Positions 10,611-20,752 of a DNA stretch of 64,000 nt are shown one piece after another. Position 1 is the stretch's first letter; each line of letters opens with the position of its first letter. This stretch comes from Nitrospirota bacterium (GTDB lineage Bacteria; Nitrospirota; Thermodesulfovibrionia; Thermodesulfovibrionales; JdFR-86), in the NCBI GenBank assembly GCA_963721805.1, contig CAVRJY010000001.1, positions 1,184,001-1,248,000 on the forward strand, written 5' to 3'. A model generated the notes under the pieces. It was not told the DNA's origin and searched no databases. It saw nothing but the letters and a program-made list of their open reading frames with translations. Made by a program: the position numbers and the translations under genes.

Positions 10611-11208
10611 TGAGCGGGGCGTCGATCACGGTATTGATGAAGTTGATCGTCGTGACGTCCTTGCCGGTCTCCTCGATCCTGATTCCCTTTAGGTACTTCT
10701 CGTCGTCCCTGAACGTGACGATGATGCGTTTGATCACGCTCCTGGCGGGGTTCTTCGAGTTAGGCGTAAATTCGAGCGCGAGCGGGGCGTGGCTCAGCAC
10801 GCGGACGTCGTTGTCCTCCGTTAGCGCGGCGAAGTCCCCGGTAAACCAGACATTCAACTGGTTCAGGACGTTTTTGAGTATCGGGTTTCCGACGAGCGAG
10901 ACCTCTTGCACCTTGCCGGATTCCTCGTCCCACTGGCGGATGAATTTGTCCGTCATGAGCACGCCGTAGCGGATCGGGCTGTCGACGTGCCATGCGACCT
11001 TGTTGGGTTTCTGGAGGTAAATGCGCCCCTTGATCGTGAGGCGGTGCTTGAACATCGCGAGGTCCTTCTCCTGCACGAAATCGGTCTTGAGCGTCTTAAA
11101 CGCCGAGACGTGCGAGCCTATAGTGCGCAGGAGCGCCGGGACGTCCTCGGCCGCATACAGCGGCGTTGCGATGAGCAGAAGGCATATAACTGCAAGTGCG
11201 CGCCGCAT
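10576..11208 (-). CDS. LolA-like periplasmic lipid/lipoprotein carrier
   Basis: Signal peptide MRRALAVICLL, then DFVQEK...KGRIYLQKPNKVAWHVDSP. Confidence 0.82.
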   Translation of the reverse strand: MRRALAVICLLLIATPLYAAEDVPALLRTIGSHVSAFKTLKTDFVQEKDLAMFKHRLTIKGRIYLQKPNKVAWHVDSPIRYGVLMTDKFIRQWDEESGKVQEVSLVGNPILKNVLNQLNVWFTGDFAALTEDNDVRVLSHAPLALEFTPNSKNPARSVIKRIIVTFRDDEKYLKGIRIEETGKDVTTINFINTVIDAPLNDGDFKVERGV

Positions 11209-12683
11209 CAATTGAGCCCCTTCTGCCAGATCTTGATCTCGCCCTGGGCGATCGTGGCCTCGCCGTTTTGGACCGTGCCGTGCACCAGGCCGAACTCGCC
11301 GAACTTGCCGAGCTTTCGGACATGGACGCGGAGCCTGTCGCCGGCCCTCGCCGTGCCCGTGATCTCGAAATCCTTGACCCCGATCAGGAAGCCATCGCCT
11401 GAGCCGCCCTCGCGGCCCATCGTGCGAAAGCCGTGTTGCGCCGCGATGGCCTGCGCGACGATCTCGACGTACGCGGGCTCGCCGAGCCTGCCGTCGGCCT
11501 CGACGAAGATATTGTCCGCGCCGATGTCGGCCTCGACCGTGGCCGAACGCTCGCCGACCTCGACGAGTCGGCTGATGAGCAGCATCGGCGGGCGGTGCGG
11601 CACGAGCATCGAGGCCTCGGCCGGTACGGTCATGATCTCGTGCTGCCGCGCGATGTTCCTCCAGCACAGGGGGTCGGAGGCGAGGTAGTCGCCGGTCATC
11701 TGAAACGCCGCGCCCCGGCAGCCGTAGCAGTTGTCGATCCGCTCGCACTGGCGGCACGGACCCTTGATCGTCTGCCTATAGCTCTTGAGGTCTCCGATCA
11801 CCTCGCTCTCGCGGATGATCTCCCTAAGCGGCTTTTGCCGGATGTTGCCGACCGGGATCGTGACCCCCACGCATGGCTGCACGTCACCGAGCGCGTTTAC
11901 GGCGCACGAGAAGCGGTGCCTGAGGCACTCGCCTCCCGCGAGCGGCGGCTGCGGCGTCCAGTCCTTGCCGTACTCGCGGTCTATGCCCGCAAGTTCGGTG
12001 AAGAGTTCCTTCACGCGGTCGCTCTCGACATAGAGGTTGTCGTTTTCGCGCGCGTTTCCCTGTGGGGTGATCATCTCGAAGTAGGGGTTCAGACCGTTTT
12101 TGCGGAGCCAGCGCCACATGGCCGGAAGCTCGGCGAGGTTCTGGCGGCAGACGATAGTGCTGATCCCAAGCTCGCTGCCCTCCGAGGGATACCCGGCCTC
12201 GCGCAGGTTCCTGAATGCCTCCTGTATCTGAAGGTACGCGCCTTTCTTGCCGGAGAGCGTGTCCTGGAGCTTCTCGTCGAAGGTGTTCATCTTAAGCGCT
12301 ACGGTCACGCCGTGGGCATGGAGACGCCGCGCGTTCTCTAAGGTCATGTTAGTCCCGTTCGTGAAGATCTCGACCGACATCCCGTGCAGCCGGATGAAGT
12401 CTATCATCCCGGTGATGTGGCGGTAGAGCATCGGCTCGCCGCCGAGGATGATGATCTTCCTCGCGCCGAGCTCTCGGGCCTGCATGATGATGCCCTCGGC
12501 CTCCTCGCGCGTAAGCTCGATGCGCGGGTCGGCGGTCTTCGCTGCATAGCAGTAGACGCAGCGGAAGTTGCAGGCCTGGTTGAACTCTATCTCCATCGAG
12601 AGCAGGCGTCCCTCGCGGACCGCCTCCTCGACCTCGGCCTGCGAGAACTCCGCCCCGTATACGCGTCGATCGCAACTGCTCAT
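11208..12683 (-). CDS. Radical SAM/SPASM protein fused to a C-terminal hotdog dehydratase-like domain
   Basis: CNFRCVYC, SPASM cysteines (CRQC...CYGC...DPLC), then LVPHRPPMLLI hotdog domain. Confidence 0.88.
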   Translation of the reverse strand: MSSCDRRVYGAEFSQAEVEEAVREGRLLSMEIEFNQACNFRCVYCYAAKTADPRIELTREEAEGIIMQARELGARKIIILGGEPMLYRHITGMIDFIRLHGMSVEIFTNGTNMTLENARRLHAHGVTVALKMNTFDEKLQDTLSGKKGAYLQIQEAFRNLREAGYPSEGSELGISTIVCRQNLAELPAMWRWLRKNGLNPYFEMITPQGNARENDNLYVESDRVKELFTELAGIDREYGKDWTPQPPLAGGECLRHRFSCAVNALGDVQPCVGVTIPVGNIRQKPLREIIRESEVIGDLKSYRQTIKGPCRQCERIDNCYGCRGAAFQMTGDYLASDPLCWRNIARQHEIMTVPAEASMLVPHRPPMLLISRLVEVGERSATVEADIGADNIFVEADGRLGEPAYVEIVAQAIAAQHGFRTMGREGGSGDGFLIGVKDFEITGTARAGDRLRVHVRKLGKFGEFGLVHGTVQNGEATIAQGEIKIWQKGLN

Positions 12684-12686
12684 ATA

Positions 12687-13983
12687 TTATTTCCTCATAT
12701 CTAGAAACCTGATGGGTTTTCGGGAGTTGCCCGGATATATGCGTCCCATGATCTCGTCGTCAGCGACTATCACGACCTCCGGCCTGACGCGCAGGCGGGC
12801 TTGCAGCGCGTTCGTCACGTCCACGGGCGAGCCGCCGAACTCCGGGCTGACCGATATCAGCACGCGAAGCTCGTCGGAGAGCTCGTAGCCGCCGGATGAG
12901 ACCTCAAGGCAGTACTCGCTCACGCCCGACGATGGCGTCTAACACCTCAAACACCATGTTCGGATAGAGCGTCGTGCCTCGAAACTTCATCATCTGCTGC
13001 TTGCGGCCGAGGATCGGCCCTATGCGCGGCGTGTTGCGGCCGCACGAGCAGGGCTCGCTGACCAGAAAGCTCACGTCCCCGGTGCGGAACCTCAGCAGAG
13101 GCATCCCCTCGATCCCGAGCGGCGTGAGCACGATCTCTCCGGCCTCTCCGTCCGCAACGCGGCCTCCGGCGTCATCCACGATCTCGACTATAGCGAGTTC
13201 GGGGTGGAGGTGCCCGCCGCAGCCCCCGGTGCATTCGCAAAACGAGCTGATCGTCTCGGACGAGGCGTAGGTCGAAAATACCTTTGCACCATCCCATGCC
13301 TCGGCGAGCCTCTGCCCCAGCGGCGAGGGGCGCAGGTCGCGACCGCGCACCGGCTCGCCTATGCAGATCAGCCGCTTCACGCCGGATGCAGCCTCAGCGA
13401 GCCCTGAGCCGGAGAGGAACCTGCCGAGCTTCGCGAGGAACGATGGCACGCCGACTATGGCCGTGGGCCTGAGGCGCGAGATGATCTCGGCGTGGCTCTC
13501 CAGCGTGTTGAGGCCGTTACGGATCGCGGCCGCGCCTATCGCCCTGACGCCGAGGTAATACGCGAGCCCGGCTATGAAGCACCGGTCCATAGTGCAGGTA
13601 AGCAGGACGGTGTCCTCGGCCGTGAGCCCGGTCGACGCGAACGAGAGCTGCTCGTTATATGCGAGCCGGTCGAGGTCAGCTCTAGTGTACATGATGCGCG
13701 TCGGCCTGCCTGTGGTGCCTGAGGAGAGCACGATGTCCTCGATCTTCGAGACCGGCACCGATAGCAGCTCGTCGTTGTGGTCGCTAAACGCCTTCTTGTC
13801 AGTCAGCGGAAAATCCGCAAGGAGGTCGAGACCGAGCGGGCCCGTGGGAATATCCTTCAGCAGCCTGCGGTAATAGGGCGAGCGCTCCGCGATATAGCGC
13901 AGGTGCTCGCCCAGCAGGCGTTCCTGCATCGCGCGTATCTCGGCGGGAGTGCCGAACTCGATGGCTCCGGGCTTTGGGTTCAT
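12687..13983 (-). CDS. Phenylacetate-CoA ligase (PaaK)-like AMP-binding enzyme, with a 1-nt frameshift near 12925
   Basis: SSGTTGRP, YASSE, RFRTGD. The C-terminal domain continues in another frame (ORF 12687-12923). Removing one G of GTCGGGCGTG restores the frame. Confidence 0.85.
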
Positions 13984-14741
13984 GAGCCGGCCTCCATCAG
14001 GTCGAGTTCGTGCTGGATCGTATCGCGTATGCGGTTTTTGAGCGTGAAGACCTGCATGCCCTTGTAGTCTTCCTGTTGGACGGCCGGAAGCCTTCTGACG
14101 CGGATCGTACCGGGCCGGAGCATTAGCGAGCCCTTGCGGGGTATGTCCTCGCTGCCAGAGATGCAGACAGGCACTATCGGCGCGCCGCACTGAAGCGCGA
14201 GCCGCGCGAACGCCCCGTTGAAGCTCCCCATCCGCCTGCTTGCCGAGCGCGTCCCCTCGGGGAAGAACGCTATCGATACGCCCTGTCCGAGCAGTTCGCG
14301 GCAGCGTGAGAAAAACTCGTCCGGGTCCATGCGCTTGATGTTTAGATACCCCGCGGCCTTCGCGAACTGCCCGATCACCGGGATCTTGAACGGCCATACG
14401 TTTACGATCTGCACGATCTCGTAAGGGAACACGCACAGCAGGTATGCGTCCGAGGCCGAACGGTGGTTGCAGACGAATATATACGGCGCGCCCGTATCTG
14501 ACGCGTCGCCATGGTCCTCGTACCTGAGCCTGATGAACGGATACGGCATCGAGGTCACGATCTTTCCATAGAGGCTGATCGCGCGGCGGAAGTACCGCAT
14601 CGCGGTGCGGTGGCTCACGAAGGGCGCGCGTACCGCCACCCCTAGCGTCAGCAGCGGGATCGCCATGGCCGAGGCGGCCAGTATCAGGGCGTAGCTGTAG
14701 ATGCTGAGCGCCAGATGCCCTATCCGCCCTGCTGATTGCAC
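13980..14741 (-). CDS. 1-acyl-sn-glycerol-3-phosphate acyltransferase (PlsC family)
   Basis: CNHRSASD and FFPEGTRS motifs. Confidence 0.9.
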   Translation of the reverse strand: MQSAGRIGHLALSIYSYALILAASAMAIPLLTLGVAVRAPFVSHRTAMRYFRRAISLYGKIVTSMPYPFIRLRYEDHGDASDTGAPYIFVCNHRSASDAYLLCVFPYEIVQIVNVWPFKIPVIGQFAKAAGYLNIKRMDPDEFFSRCRELLGQGVSIAFFPEGTRSASRRMGSFNGAFARLALQCGAPIVPVCISGSEDIPRKGSLMLRPGTIRVRRLPAVQQEDYKGMQVFTLKNRIRDTIQHELDLMEAGS

Positions 14742-14743
14742 GG

Positions 14744-15001
14744 CTATCCGGCCATCTTCTGAGCTATGAATTTGTAGATGTCCGCAAGGGTGCGTATCTC
14801 CCTCACGCTCGCCTCGTCTCGGATGCTCACGCCGAAGGCCTTCTGGAGCGCGACGACGAGGTCGACCACGTCGAGGCTGTCGAGGCCGAGCTCGGTGAAG
14901 ATGTTGGCCTCGGGCACCAGCCTCGCGGGCTCGATCTCGAATGAGTCCTCGAAGACCTTGTTAGTTTTTTCTATGATTTCACGTTCTGTCATCTCAGTCA
15001 C
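14744..15001 (-). CDS. Acyl carrier protein
   Basis: LGLDSLDVVDL motif, 85 aa, acidic. Confidence 0.93.
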   Translation of the reverse strand: MTEMTEREIIEKTNKVFEDSFEIEPARLVPEANIFTELGLDSLDVVDLVVALQKAFGVSIRDEASVREIRTLADIYKFIAQKMAG

Positions 15002-16230
15002 CTTTCTTCATCCGGCTGGAGCTTCCTGCATACGAGTGCGGAGTTTATCCCGCCGAAGGCGAAACAGTTTTTCAGTATGGTATTTATCGTCGCGTCCCTC
15101 CGGGCGGTCACGTGGTCTATGCCCGCGCAGTCGTCAGCGACGTTCTTGAGGTTCAGCGTCGGGTAGATCACGCCGCGCCGCATCATCTCGAGCGTTGCGA
15201 TCAGCTCCAGCGCGCCCGAGGCCCCCAGCGTGTGGCCCATGTAGCCCTTGAGGCTGCTCACCGGCGTGCCGTCGCCTATGACCTCGCGGATAGCGGCCGC
15301 TTCCTCCGCGTCGCCCTGCAATGTTGCTGTGGCGTGCGCATTGACGTAGTCCACTTCCGGGGCGGTGATGCCTGCCTCGGCCATAGCGGTGCTCATGCAG
15401 TATGCCATCGAGCCCCGGTCTGACTGGCTCATGTGGCTGCCGCTCCCGCTCGTGGCATAGCCGGTGATCTCGGCGTATATATGCGCCCCGCGCGAGACGG
15501 CGCGCTCGTAGTCTTCGAGCACCAAAATCCCCGAGCCCTCGCCGCATACGAGGCCGTCGCGATCACGGTCGAAGGGGCGGGGGGTGGCCTCCGGGCTGTC
15601 GTTATACCCCGCGGATGTGGCGTATAGCACGTCGAACGAGCCGGTCACGGTCGGGTGGAGCTCCTCGGCCCCGCCGCAGAGCAGGACGTCCTGCCGCCCG
15701 ATGCGGATCATGTCATACCCGGTTCCTATCGCCTGAAGCGCTGAGGCGCAGGCCGCGGCGGTGTCCATGATAAGCCCGTTTAAGTTCAGGTACTGCGAGA
15801 CGTTTGCGGCTGCGGTATGGGCCACGCACTGAAAGAACATCGTGGAGTTTAGCTTTGAGATGTCGTGGGCCGGGAGCATCGTCTCGAACACGTCGCTTAT
15901 GCTCTTGGCGCTGCCCATCGTCGAGCCTACGATGCACCCGGCGCGGCGCTCGGGCAGCTCGGTTATGCCCGCATCAGCCAGCGCAAGCCCCGCGGCCTGT
16001 GCGGCGAATATGCTCATGCGGCCCATCGTGCGGCGCTTCTGCCTTGGGATGAGCTTTTCGTCCGTGACCTCAGCAGGCGCTCCGACGAGGCTTTTTAGCC
16101 CCTTGTATGCCTCCCATCCGGGCATCCTGCGCACGCGGCTCTCCCCTGAGGCGATACCGGACATCATCGCCTCGGTGCCCTTCCCAAAGGGCGAGACCGC
16201 GCCCATCCCCGTGATGACGACGCGCCTCAC
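14998..16230 (-). CDS. Beta-ketoacyl-ACP synthase II (FabF family)
   Basis: RRVVITGMG, AACASA, HATAT, KGYMGHT, FAFGG. GTG start inferred. Confidence 0.93.
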   Translation of the reverse strand: MRRVVITGMGAVSPFGKGTEAMMSGIASGESRVRRMPGWEAYKGLKSLVGAPAEVTDEKLIPRQKRRTMGRMSIFAAQAAGLALADAGITELPERRAGCIVGSTMGSAKSISDVFETMLPAHDISKLNSTMFFQCVAHTAAANVSQYLNLNGLIMDTAAACASALQAIGTGYDMIRIGRQDVLLCGGAEELHPTVTGSFDVLYATSAGYNDSPEATPRPFDRDRDGLVCGEGSGILVLEDYERAVSRGAHIYAEITGYATSGSGSHMSQSDRGSMAYCMSTAMAEAGITAPEVDYVNAHATATLQGDAEEAAAIREVIGDGTPVSSLKGYMGHTLGASGALELIATLEMMRRGVIYPTLNLKNVADDCAGIDHVTARRDATINTILKNCFAFGGINSALVCRKLQPDEER

Positions 16231-17726
16231 CGGCCGAGCCCCCGTTCTATGAAGCCGTCGAGCGTTGCGCCGTCGAGCACCGAGCGCGCCACGATGAACG
16301 AGGACATCATCGCCCCGATTATGCCGGGCAATAGCGAACTCTGCCCGGCGGCGAGGAGGTTTCGCAGCGGGAGCTCCGAGCGCAGGTTGATCTGCCCGAG
16401 CTTCTGCTTGATGCCATAGGCCGAGCCGTCGGGGCTGTGCAGGTAGTCCCTGAAGGTAAGCACGCTCGCGGAATCGAGCACCTCGATCTTCGATGAATAT
16501 TGGGGGAGCATCGCGCATATGCGCTCTATCATGCGGCCGGTCTTGGCCGCCTTGAATTGCCGGTAGTCCTCCGGCCGCTTGCCGGTCGTCGTGTCTGCCC
16601 ATCGTGCGGCGGAGTCGACCGAGGCGGGCTCAAAGAGGCTCAGCACCTTGCGGGGCCTGCCGTGCACCAGCTCGATGGATTTCATCAGCAGTATCGCGGA
16701 GTCCGGTATGCCCTGATCGAGCATGCGGTTGATGTCCGCTTCGGGCATAATGGTCAGCAGCGAGCGGCCGAAGTCCGCCTCCTCGAACTCATCCGGCAAT
16801 ACCGAGAAGACCGAGAAGAAACCCGTAGAGGACTCAAACGAGCTGACGCGCTCCCTGAACGCCGGGGATACGCACCCCGGAGGCAGGAGGTCGATGATCC
16901 CCTTGGGGTGGATCGTGAATACGCAGTGGCCGGCCGCGATCTCCTCTCCGGTGCTGAGGATAAAACGCTTTACGCGCTTGCCCTCGATCTCGGCGAGTTC
17001 GCTGATACGGCAGCCGGTCTGGATCTCGATGTCCAGCCCCCTGGCGCGGGCCTTGAACGCCTTGATGAACGCCTCGCCGCCGTCTTTGACGCGCGCCATC
17101 GACTCGTACAGCCCGATGCTCATCCTCGCGTGGTTCGCGAACGAGACCTCGGAGGGCTTGGTGCCGTAGCACATCGCGAATACCGACAGCAGGGCATGGA
17201 GCGTGCGGTTTGGGCTCAGCGAGTCCAGTACGCTTTGGAGGCTCACGAAATCCTCCTCGATATGGGTGTGCTTGGCGCACAGCCTGCGGAGGTCCATCGA
17301 GGGCGTCCGGGAGCATACGTCGCGGAGCATCATGAAATATTTATCTATCGCGGCGGCCTCGGAGGGGAAATACCCCGAGAGCTTTCGCCTTATGCGGTCT
17401 ATTCCGGCGGGGATGTCATACCTGAGCCCTGTGTCTTCGAACAGGAGGGAGCTCGCGGAGTCTTCCTGAAGGAACTCAGGCTCGATCATCCCCTCGATGC
17501 CGAGCACGCGGAGGATGTCGTTGAGGATGCCGCCCGGCTCGAGCCCGCCGCTAAAGTGAAACCCCGTATCGAACGGGACGCCCTGCAGCCTGAAGCGGGA
17601 CATCGAGCCGCCGATTATAGGGGCTGCCTCGATAAGCAGGACCTTGCGGCCGTTGAGGCCGAGTATGAGCGCCATCGTCATGCCGCTGATGCCGCTGCCT
17701 ACGACAATGGAGTCGAACCTCCGCAT
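16227..17726 (-). CDS. FAD-dependent oxidoreductase, phytoene dehydrogenase/retinol saturase-like
   Basis: VVGSGISG Rossmann motif, FDTGFH, GSAYG and AGQS near the C-terminus. Confidence 0.85.
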   Translation of the reverse strand: MRRFDSIVVGSGISGMTMALILGLNGRKVLLIEAAPIIGGSMSRFRLQGVPFDTGFHFSGGLEPGGILNDILRVLGIEGMIEPEFLQEDSASSLLFEDTGLRYDIPAGIDRIRRKLSGYFPSEAAAIDKYFMMLRDVCSRTPSMDLRRLCAKHTHIEEDFVSLQSVLDSLSPNRTLHALLSVFAMCYGTKPSEVSFANHARMSIGLYESMARVKDGGEAFIKAFKARARGLDIEIQTGCRISELAEIEGKRVKRFILSTGEEIAAGHCVFTIHPKGIIDLLPPGCVSPAFRERVSSFESSTGFFSVFSVLPDEFEEADFGRSLLTIMPEADINRMLDQGIPDSAILLMKSIELVHGRPRKVLSLFEPASVDSAARWADTTTGKRPEDYRQFKAAKTGRMIERICAMLPQYSSKIEVLDSASVLTFRDYLHSPDGSAYGIKQKLGQINLRSELPLRNLLAAGQSSLLPGIIGAMMSSFIVARSVLDGATLDGFIERGLGR

Positions 17727-17731
17727 GCGCC

Positions 17732-18454
17732 CTACATCGCCAGACCGCCGTTTACGGCGATCACCTGTCCATGGATGTACATCTCGGGCTCGGTGCAGAG
17801 GAAGTTCACGACCGAGGCGACCTCGCCGACCGAGCCCACGCGGTTAAGCGGGATCAGCGGTATCACCTGCTCCTTGGGTATGTGCGCGGTCATGTCCGTA
17901 TCGATGAAGCCGGGGGCCACGACGTTTACGAGTATGCCGCGCTTGCCGACCTCGCGGGCGAGCGCCTTCGCGGCCCCGATCAGCCCGGCCTTCGAGGCGG
18001 AGTAGTTCACCTGCCCGGCCTGCCCGATCTGGCCCGAGGCCGATGAGATCACGACTATGCGGCCCTTCCTGCGCCTGAGCATCTCAAAGACCACGGGCTT
18101 GACGACATTGAAAAACCCGTCGAGGTTCGTCGAGAGCACCGCGTCCCATTCGTCTTTTTTCATCATCGCCATGAGGTTGTCGCGCGCGATGCCGGAGTTG
18201 TAGACGAGCACCGCGGGTGTTGCGGATTCGAGCCTGCCTGCAAGCGCGGCCGCGGTCTCGTCATAGGACGCGACGTCAAACGCAATGAGCTCACAGCTGC
18301 GGCCCATGGCCTCGATCTCGGATTTCACCTCGGAGGCGGCCACGGAATTTTGTTTGTACGTGAGCCATATATCGAACCCGGAGCCCGCAAGCCGCAGCGC
18401 TATTGCCCGTCCGATGCCGCGGCTTCCGCCCACGACCAGTGCGATTTCGGCCAT
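17732..18454 (-). CDS. fabG: 3-oxoacyl-ACP reductase
   Basis: GGSRGIG, NYSASKAG, VAPGFIDTDM. Confidence 0.93.
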   Translation of the reverse strand: MAEIALVVGGSRGIGRAIALRLAGSGFDIWLTYKQNSVAASEVKSEIEAMGRSCELIAFDVASYDETAAALAGRLESATPAVLVYNSGIARDNLMAMMKKDEWDAVLSTNLDGFFNVVKPVVFEMLRRRKGRIVVISSASGQIGQAGQVNYSASKAGLIGAAKALAREVGKRGILVNVVAPGFIDTDMTAHIPKEQVIPLIPLNRVGSVGEVASVVNFLCTEPEMYIHGQVIAVNGGLAM

Positions 18455-18549
18455 GTCTCTCCCCTGTGGTACGCTTAGATATTACAATAATACGGTAATG
18501 TTAATTATCCCTGAAAATCGCCCGGTTTTTCAACCGAATCCGGGGCTTA

Positions 18550-19578
18550 TCAGGGTTTTTTCAACGATATCCAGCCCCTTGAGCCCGCGCAGTCGAGCCT
18601 CAGGCAGCGGATGGATTTAAGGGGGACGGCGGGGGAGGGCTCATATAGTTTGATCCCCGAGGGGTTTTCAGTGACGGGGTTCGGGAACCCGGCCCCGCGC
18701 CGCAGCATCAGGGCCGAGGCCGTGAGGTGAAACGCGCTTGAGCTCATAGAGCTGCCGAATACCGGCGAGTATGAGGCCACGGGCATGCCGTCAGGTATAG
18801 CGGCCAGGTACCCGGACTCGTCCGGGAGCATGCCGTCCGTGTCGATAACGAGCAGGCTTTCTGTCGCCGCGTTTTCATCGAACCCGACCGCAGCGATCCG
18901 GGCGATAGCATCGCCTGAGCTTTGAGGGCCGAGAAGGAAAAAGGCCGCGCCTTCGCCGGGCACGCAGCCCGTCCGGTTAAACCCGAAGGGCGAGATCCGC
19001 TCAGATGGGTGGAGCATCCGGCCAGCGACATGCCCGAGCACCTCGCCGTACTGCTCGACGCCGCCCACTAAGACATGCTTGCACCTGCCCTCGCCAATCC
19101 AGAGCCCGGCAAGCACGAGCGCGTGGTGCAGCGAGAATGCGAACTCGGTGATCGTCACAGTCGGCCCCTGTATGCCGAGCACGGATGAGATGTATGACGC
19201 GGCGGCGTTGTGCACGGAGTTGGAAAACGTGGTCGGCGATACGCCCGCATCCCCGTAGTCGAGGATGTCGTCCAGAAACTCGAAGGTCGTGACGTGCGCG
19301 CCTAGCGCTGTAGAGACTATCACGCCGGTATCGGCTGGGTCGATTGCGCCGAAGCTCGCGGCCTCGGACGCGGCGAGCACGGCCATCTTGCTTAGCTTGT
19401 CCGCGCGGCGGATTTTTTTTAGGGAAGGGTCCGTGACCCCGTCGAGCGATACGCGGCAGGCGTACCGCCCCTTCTCATCGGGTGCGGCGAAGCTCCGGGA
19501 GTTAATGAGCGCGTCTTCGAAGCTCTCAATTCCGCGCCCGCCCGCGAATATCGTCCCTATACCTAGTATGTCGATCAT
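18550..19578 (-). CDS. Ketosynthase chain-length-factor-like protein (non-catalytic)
   Basis: RRADKLSKM and SPTTFSNSVHNAA motifs, catalytic Cys absent. Confidence 0.82.
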   Translation of the reverse strand: MIDILGIGTIFAGGRGIESFEDALINSRSFAAPDEKGRYACRVSLDGVTDPSLKKIRRADKLSKMAVLAASEAASFGAIDPADTGVIVSTALGAHVTTFEFLDDILDYGDAGVSPTTFSNSVHNAAASYISSVLGIQGPTVTITEFAFSLHHALVLAGLWIGEGRCKHVLVGGVEQYGEVLGHVAGRMLHPSERISPFGFNRTGCVPGEGAAFFLLGPQSSGDAIARIAAVGFDENAATESLLVIDTDGMLPDESGYLAAIPDGMPVASYSPVFGSSMSSSAFHLTASALMLRRGAGFPNPVTENPSGIKLYEPSPAVPLKSIRCLRLDCAGSRGWISLKKP

Positions 19579-20747
19579 GAATAGAGCCCTATTACGAGCG
19601 CGGAGTTGTTGCCCCCGAACGCGAGCGAAGTGGATATCGCATGCCTGCCCTCGACGGCGGTCCTTTGCGTAAGCGGCGTGATCGGGATGCCCTCGTCCCG
19701 GTTTTGAAACCCGGCAGAGGCCGGGAGCCATCCCTCACGGAGCCCCATCGCCGTGAACGCAGCCTCGAGCCCTCCTGCAGCGCCGAGCGTGTGGCCTGTG
19801 TAGCCCTTGGTCGAGAGCACCTTTGCATCGTTGCCGAAAATATTGGCGAGCACCGCGCCCTCGACCTTGTCGTTCTCCATCGTGCCGGTGCCATGGGCAT
19901 TGACGAACGCGATCTCAGCGGGCGATATCGCGGCCTCCTGCATCGCGCGGTATATCGCCTTCGTGAGCCCCCGGCCCCCGGGGTGGGGAGAGGTCAGGTG
20001 GTATGCGTCGGCCGCTGTGCCGTAGCCGAGCAAGCGGAGGTCAGCCCTCGCGCCTCGCCTTCGGGCCGAGCCTTCGCTCTCGAGCACGAGCACGCCCGCG
20101 CCCTCGCCGAGGTTGAGGCCGCGCCTGTCGCGGTCGAAAGGCGAGCAGAGGCCGGGGTTGACTATCCCGAGGCTGGAAAACCCGCAGTACGGTATCCGGT
20201 TGAGTTCGTCCGTGCCCCCGGCTATCGCGATCTCACACAGCCCGGCCCTGATCCATGAGAGCGCGACGCCTATCGCATCGGTGCCGGATGAGCACGCGTT
20301 TGCGACGGTCATACGAGGCCCGCGAAGGCCAAGCATTTTTGCCAGCGCGGCGGCCGGGTTGCCCTTCAGGAACCGCTCTACCGCGTCCATCGGGGCGTCG
20401 CCCGCCCGGCGGTATTCGCTGTAAAACGCGAGGTCATTGAGCTCGCAGGCTACCGTGGTGCCGATAGCGATGCCCGCGCCCGCCATATCGCCCTGCTCGA
20501 GCCCGGCGTTCTCAAGCGCCTGCCTGACAGCATGCAGAGCGAGCCCCAAAGACCGCTGACCAGTCAGATGGTATTTATCCGGTAAATTTCGCACCTCGAA
20601 GACCGGGTGCCGAAGCGGGGTTTTAAACAGGGTGGGGGGCGCTGCGTTTCTCCTCGATGCCTCGAATGAGGCGAGGGTCTCCCGGTACCCGGCCCCCAGA
20701 GCCGAGATCATGCCCATGCCGCTTATGACGACCCCGCGCTCCCGCAC
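19575..20747 (-). CDS. Beta-ketoacyl-ACP synthase
   Basis: NACSSG, HGTGT, KGYTGHT, AFGGNN. Confidence 0.92.
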   Translation of the reverse strand: MRERGVVISGMGMISALGAGYRETLASFEASRRNAAPPTLFKTPLRHPVFEVRNLPDKYHLTGQRSLGLALHAVRQALENAGLEQGDMAGAGIAIGTTVACELNDLAFYSEYRRAGDAPMDAVERFLKGNPAAALAKMLGLRGPRMTVANACSSGTDAIGVALSWIRAGLCEIAIAGGTDELNRIPYCGFSSLGIVNPGLCSPFDRDRRGLNLGEGAGVLVLESEGSARRRGARADLRLLGYGTAADAYHLTSPHPGGRGLTKAIYRAMQEAAISPAEIAFVNAHGTGTMENDKVEGAVLANIFGNDAKVLSTKGYTGHTLGAAGGLEAAFTAMGLREGWLPASAGFQNRDEGIPITPLTQRTAVEGRHAISTSLAFGGNNSALVIGLYS

Positions 20748-20752
20748 GTATC

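Noticed and set aside
16500..18005. Long opposite-strand ORFs (also 8796-10028, 56983-58449, 62167-63420, 26031-27047)
   Set aside because: These are antisense shadows of well-supported genes in high-GC DNA, with no recognisable motifs.
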